Source of the DNA: Bacteroidia bacterium
GTDB lineage: Bacteria > Bacteroidota > Bacteroidia > UBA10329
DNA: 46,470 nt
Assembly (NCBI GenBank): GCA_047614525.1
Contig: JBLHEU010000002.1
Coordinates: forward strand, 1 to 46,470
Direction: 5' to 3'
Each line of letters begins with the position of its first letter. The first letter of the stretch is position 1. The notes beneath the pieces were generated by a model, which worked only from the letters and a program-made list of their open reading frames with translations, did no database searches and was not told the DNA's origin. Positions 44,223 through 46,470 of the stretch are shown piece after piece. The translations under genes were made by a program, and so were the position numbers.

Positions 44223-45230
44223 ATGACCTTCTCCGGACGATTTGTACTCAACATAATTCAATTTGCATCTCAGCAAGACGCTGATTTCAACCAACTCTTA
44301 GCACTATCAGGATGTTCCATTGAGGAACTGAGTATTGAGGAGTCGCGCGTTGAGGCGAGTATTTACAATGCTGTGATTGAAGCTGCTTTAAAGAACACAC
44401 AAGACCATGCTTTAGGATTACATCTAGGAGAGCATCTCAGTCTTTCAGCCGCTGGCCTGATTTACCAGATTGTGCAAACGAGTTCTACTGTAGAAGAAGC
44501 GCTTCAATACTGTTGCGATTTCGCAAATCTCGGTTGTCGGGCTTTGCCGCTATCGTTACGAAAAACCAAAGATGAAATGATTGTTGAGTTGATTCCTGAC
44601 CCAATCTGGGCAGAATCTTCTGCAGCTTCGGTACATCACACCTCAGATGGGATATTGGCTTTTACACTTCGTGAATTTCAAAACCTCACATTACAGAAAC
44701 ATCAGCCTACGGCAGTTCACATTCCTTACGGAACAAGAAAAAACCGAGCAGAATACGAACGTGTTTTCAAGTGCCCTGTGCATTATGATACTGAGGTAAT
44801 AGCAATGCATTTCAAGCTAGAACATGTGCAAGAACCAGTTGTAACCAGCGATTACAACTTACTTCAGGTTTTAGTGAACCACGCTGAAGAAAAGCTTCAA
44901 GATATTGTAGGAGAAGTCGGATTCACTTCCGTTGTAAAACGTTCCATCATGAATATGGTGAAGCCAAAATTTCCGACCATAGAGGAAGTTGCAGCCAGTC
45001 TGAATTTGAGCGTTCGTTCTTTCCAGCGAAAGCTGAAGGAATTCGGAAAAACGTATAAAGGGCTCTTGAATGAAGTTCGGTTAGACCTTGCCAAATCTTA
45101 CCTGAAAAAACCTGAGTTAAGTATTGGAGAAATCGCCTATTTACTCGATTATTCAGAACCAAGTGCGTTTATTCGTTCCTTTAAACGTTGGACAAAAAAA
45201 ACACCATCACAATACAAACAGACTTTATGA
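44223..45230 (+). CDS. AraC-family transcriptional regulator with an N-terminal AraC-binding-like sensor domain
   Basis: 335 aa. The C-terminus IEEVAASLNLSVRSFQRKLKEFGKTYKGL...IGEIAYLLDYSEPSAFIRSFKRWTKKTPSQY is a double AraC HTH. It is divergent from the SRPBCC gene. Confidence 0.85.
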   Translation: MTFSGRFVLNIIQFASQQDADFNQLLALSGCSIEELSIEESRVEASIYNAVIEAALKNTQDHALGLHLGEHLSLSAAGLIYQIVQTSSTVEEALQYCCDFANLGCRALPLSLRKTKDEMIVELIPDPIWAESSAASVHHTSDGILAFTLREFQNLTLQKHQPTAVHIPYGTRKNRAEYERVFKCPVHYDTEVIAMHFKLEHVQEPVVTSDYNLLQVLVNHAEEKLQDIVGEVGFTSVVKRSIMNMVKPKFPTIEEVAASLNLSVRSFQRKLKEFGKTYKGLLNEVRLDLAKSYLKKPELSIGEIAYLLDYSEPSAFIRSFKRWTKKTPSQYKQTL

Positions 45231-45988
45231 AACTTATCTCTTTTAACGTAAACGGAATTCGGGCCTCAGCAAAAAAAGGCCTATTAGAAAGCATCGAAAA
45301 AATGGATGCTGATGTAATCGGATTTCAGGAAACCAAAGCCACAGAAGAACAAGTACGAGAAGTGCTTTTTGGATTGGATTATCACGTCTATGCCTTTTCT
45401 GCTGAGAAGAAAGGATATTCGGGAACGGCTATCATTTCCAAGACCGAACCGTTGAGTTATCAATATGGTATTGGCATTCCCGAGCATGACAACCAAGGAA
45501 GAGCGATTACCTGTGAGTTTGAAGACTTCTATCTGCTGAATGTATACGTTCCCAATTCAGCAAACGGTTTGATTCGATTGCCCTACCGTATGACTTGGGA
45601 TGCGGCTCTACTCAACTACATCAAAGAATTGGAGAAGAAAAAGCCTGTGGTTTATTGTGGCGATTTGAACGTTGCTCATACGCCAATGGACATTAAAAAT
45701 GCTAAATCGAACTACAACAGAACTCCCGGCTATACGCAAGATGAGATTGATGGCTTGGACAGATACCTAAACTCAGGTATGGTAGATACATTTAGAGCTT
45801 TACATCCTGACGAAGTGAAATACAGCTGGTGGAGTTACCGTGCAGGTGCTAGAGCGAATAATGTTGGTTGGCGATTGGATTACTTTCTTGTTTCAGAAAG
45901 CCTGATGCCGAAAGTAAAAGAGTCCTTTATTTTGAGTGATGTGCATGGTTCGGACCATTGCCCAGTTGGGATTGAGATTACTTTTTAA
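45227..45988 (+). CDS. xth: Exodeoxyribonuclease III
   Basis: MKLISFNVNGIRA, GFQETK, YSGTAI, CGDLNVAH, YSWWSYR and GSDHCPV motifs. The ATG at 45227 overlaps the AraC stop (ATGA). The track ORF starts 13 codons earlier. Confidence 0.9.
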   Translation: MKLISFNVNGIRASAKKGLLESIEKMDADVIGFQETKATEEQVREVLFGLDYHVYAFSAEKKGYSGTAIISKTEPLSYQYGIGIPEHDNQGRAITCEFEDFYLLNVYVPNSANGLIRLPYRMTWDAALLNYIKELEKKKPVVYCGDLNVAHTPMDIKNAKSNYNRTPGYTQDEIDGLDRYLNSGMVDTFRALHPDEVKYSWWSYRAGARANNVGWRLDYFLVSESLMPKVKESFILSDVHGSDHCPVGIEITF

Positions 45989-46470
45989 AAAAGCAAACCT
46001 CCAAATAAACCTCTACCCATTCATCATCTTTCATGGTGCCAACCTTAAACAAGTACTTGTCTGGTTTAATCCAGATTAGTGCATCTGTCATGTAGGTTTT
46101 CATTCCTAGTTCGTTCTCCACCACATATTGGTACAGGATGGTTTTCTGCTTATTGAGCACCGTTCCATCAATCACTTTTCCGTGAATATCCTCTACTTTG
46201 AATTGAATAGAATTTGTGATGGTATCCCAAGTATAAATTCCATCCGAAAACTTTCCAAAATCTGAGAAAGTCGTATCCAAATAACTTTTGGTTTCCATTC
46301 TCACATCTTCCTCTCCAGAACCCCAACGATAGTTTATTTCTTGCTTAAAAGGCGTTCCGTCCTTCCACTTCCCTTCTCCTTTCCACTCGGCATTCATCAA
46401 TGCCTCAAAAGGCATTAACATAATATTTCCCTGAGCAAATAAGGAAAATGGCAAAGCGAAAATGGCAAAA
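45978..46470 (-). CDS. Hypothetical secreted protein; 5' end lies beyond the window
   Basis: The reading frame stays open to the window edge (..FAIFALPFSLFAQGNIMLMPFEAL looks like the end of a signal peptide). The track start is a TTG. It overlaps the xth 3' end by 11 nt. Confidence 0.6.
   Translation of the reverse strand, partial: FAIFALPFSLFAQGNIMLMPFEALMNAEWKGEGKWKDGTPFKQEINYRWGSGEEDVRMETKSYLDTTFSDFGKFSDGIYTWDTITNSIQFKVEDIHGKVIDGTVLNKQKTILYQYVVENELGMKTYMTDALIWIKPDKYLFKVGTMKDDEWVEVYLEVCFFKK

Noticed and set aside
45978-45992. cttttt/aaaaag palindrome and the 11-nt convergent overlap of xth with the next gene
   Set aside because: The palindrome is a trivial AT-rich sequence created by two facing stop regions, and no stem-loop of useful stability forms.

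Overview
This looks like a chromosomal window from a Bacteroidota genome, probably Flavobacteriia-like. Four proteins end in type-A T9SS C-terminal sorting domains, several promoters match TTG/TAnnTTTG, there is no Shine-Dalgarno signal, and 4-nt ATGA gene overlaps are common. I call about 40 protein genes and a three-gene tRNA cluster (Ser-GCU, Pro-UGG, Arg-UCU). Most content is ordinary housekeeping: priA, pfkA, coaD, xth, the fused B12 mutase icmF, an M32 carboxypeptidase, a peptide-type ABC importer, an SSF symporter and a TPP enzyme. I found no CRISPR array, transposase, integrase or recognisable defence system. The most system-like unexplained content is at the left edge. A tightly packed PqqD-like / ATP-grasp / PLP-decarboxylase operon continues off the window, is interrupted by a four-helix-bundle (23S-IVS/Avd-family) gene cassette, and is preceded by an AraC regulator and a 47-aa Ser/Thr/Asp/Glu-rich mini-ORF. 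The second notable block (16.4-23.9 kb) holds five consecutive secreted or lipolytic hydrolase genes, including a sphingomyelinase-C-like T9SS cargo. Two of its genes diverge around a 34-bp perfect palindrome flanked by identical TACATTTG -7 boxes. Other items are a 400-nt structured spacer upstream of icmF, a 55-nt hairpin followed by 500 nt of non-coding DNA upstream of a FAS1/T9SS protein, a decayed gene downstream of an SRPBCC gene, and several apparently leaderless promoters. All functional calls come from reading motifs in the translations by eye; no database search was run.
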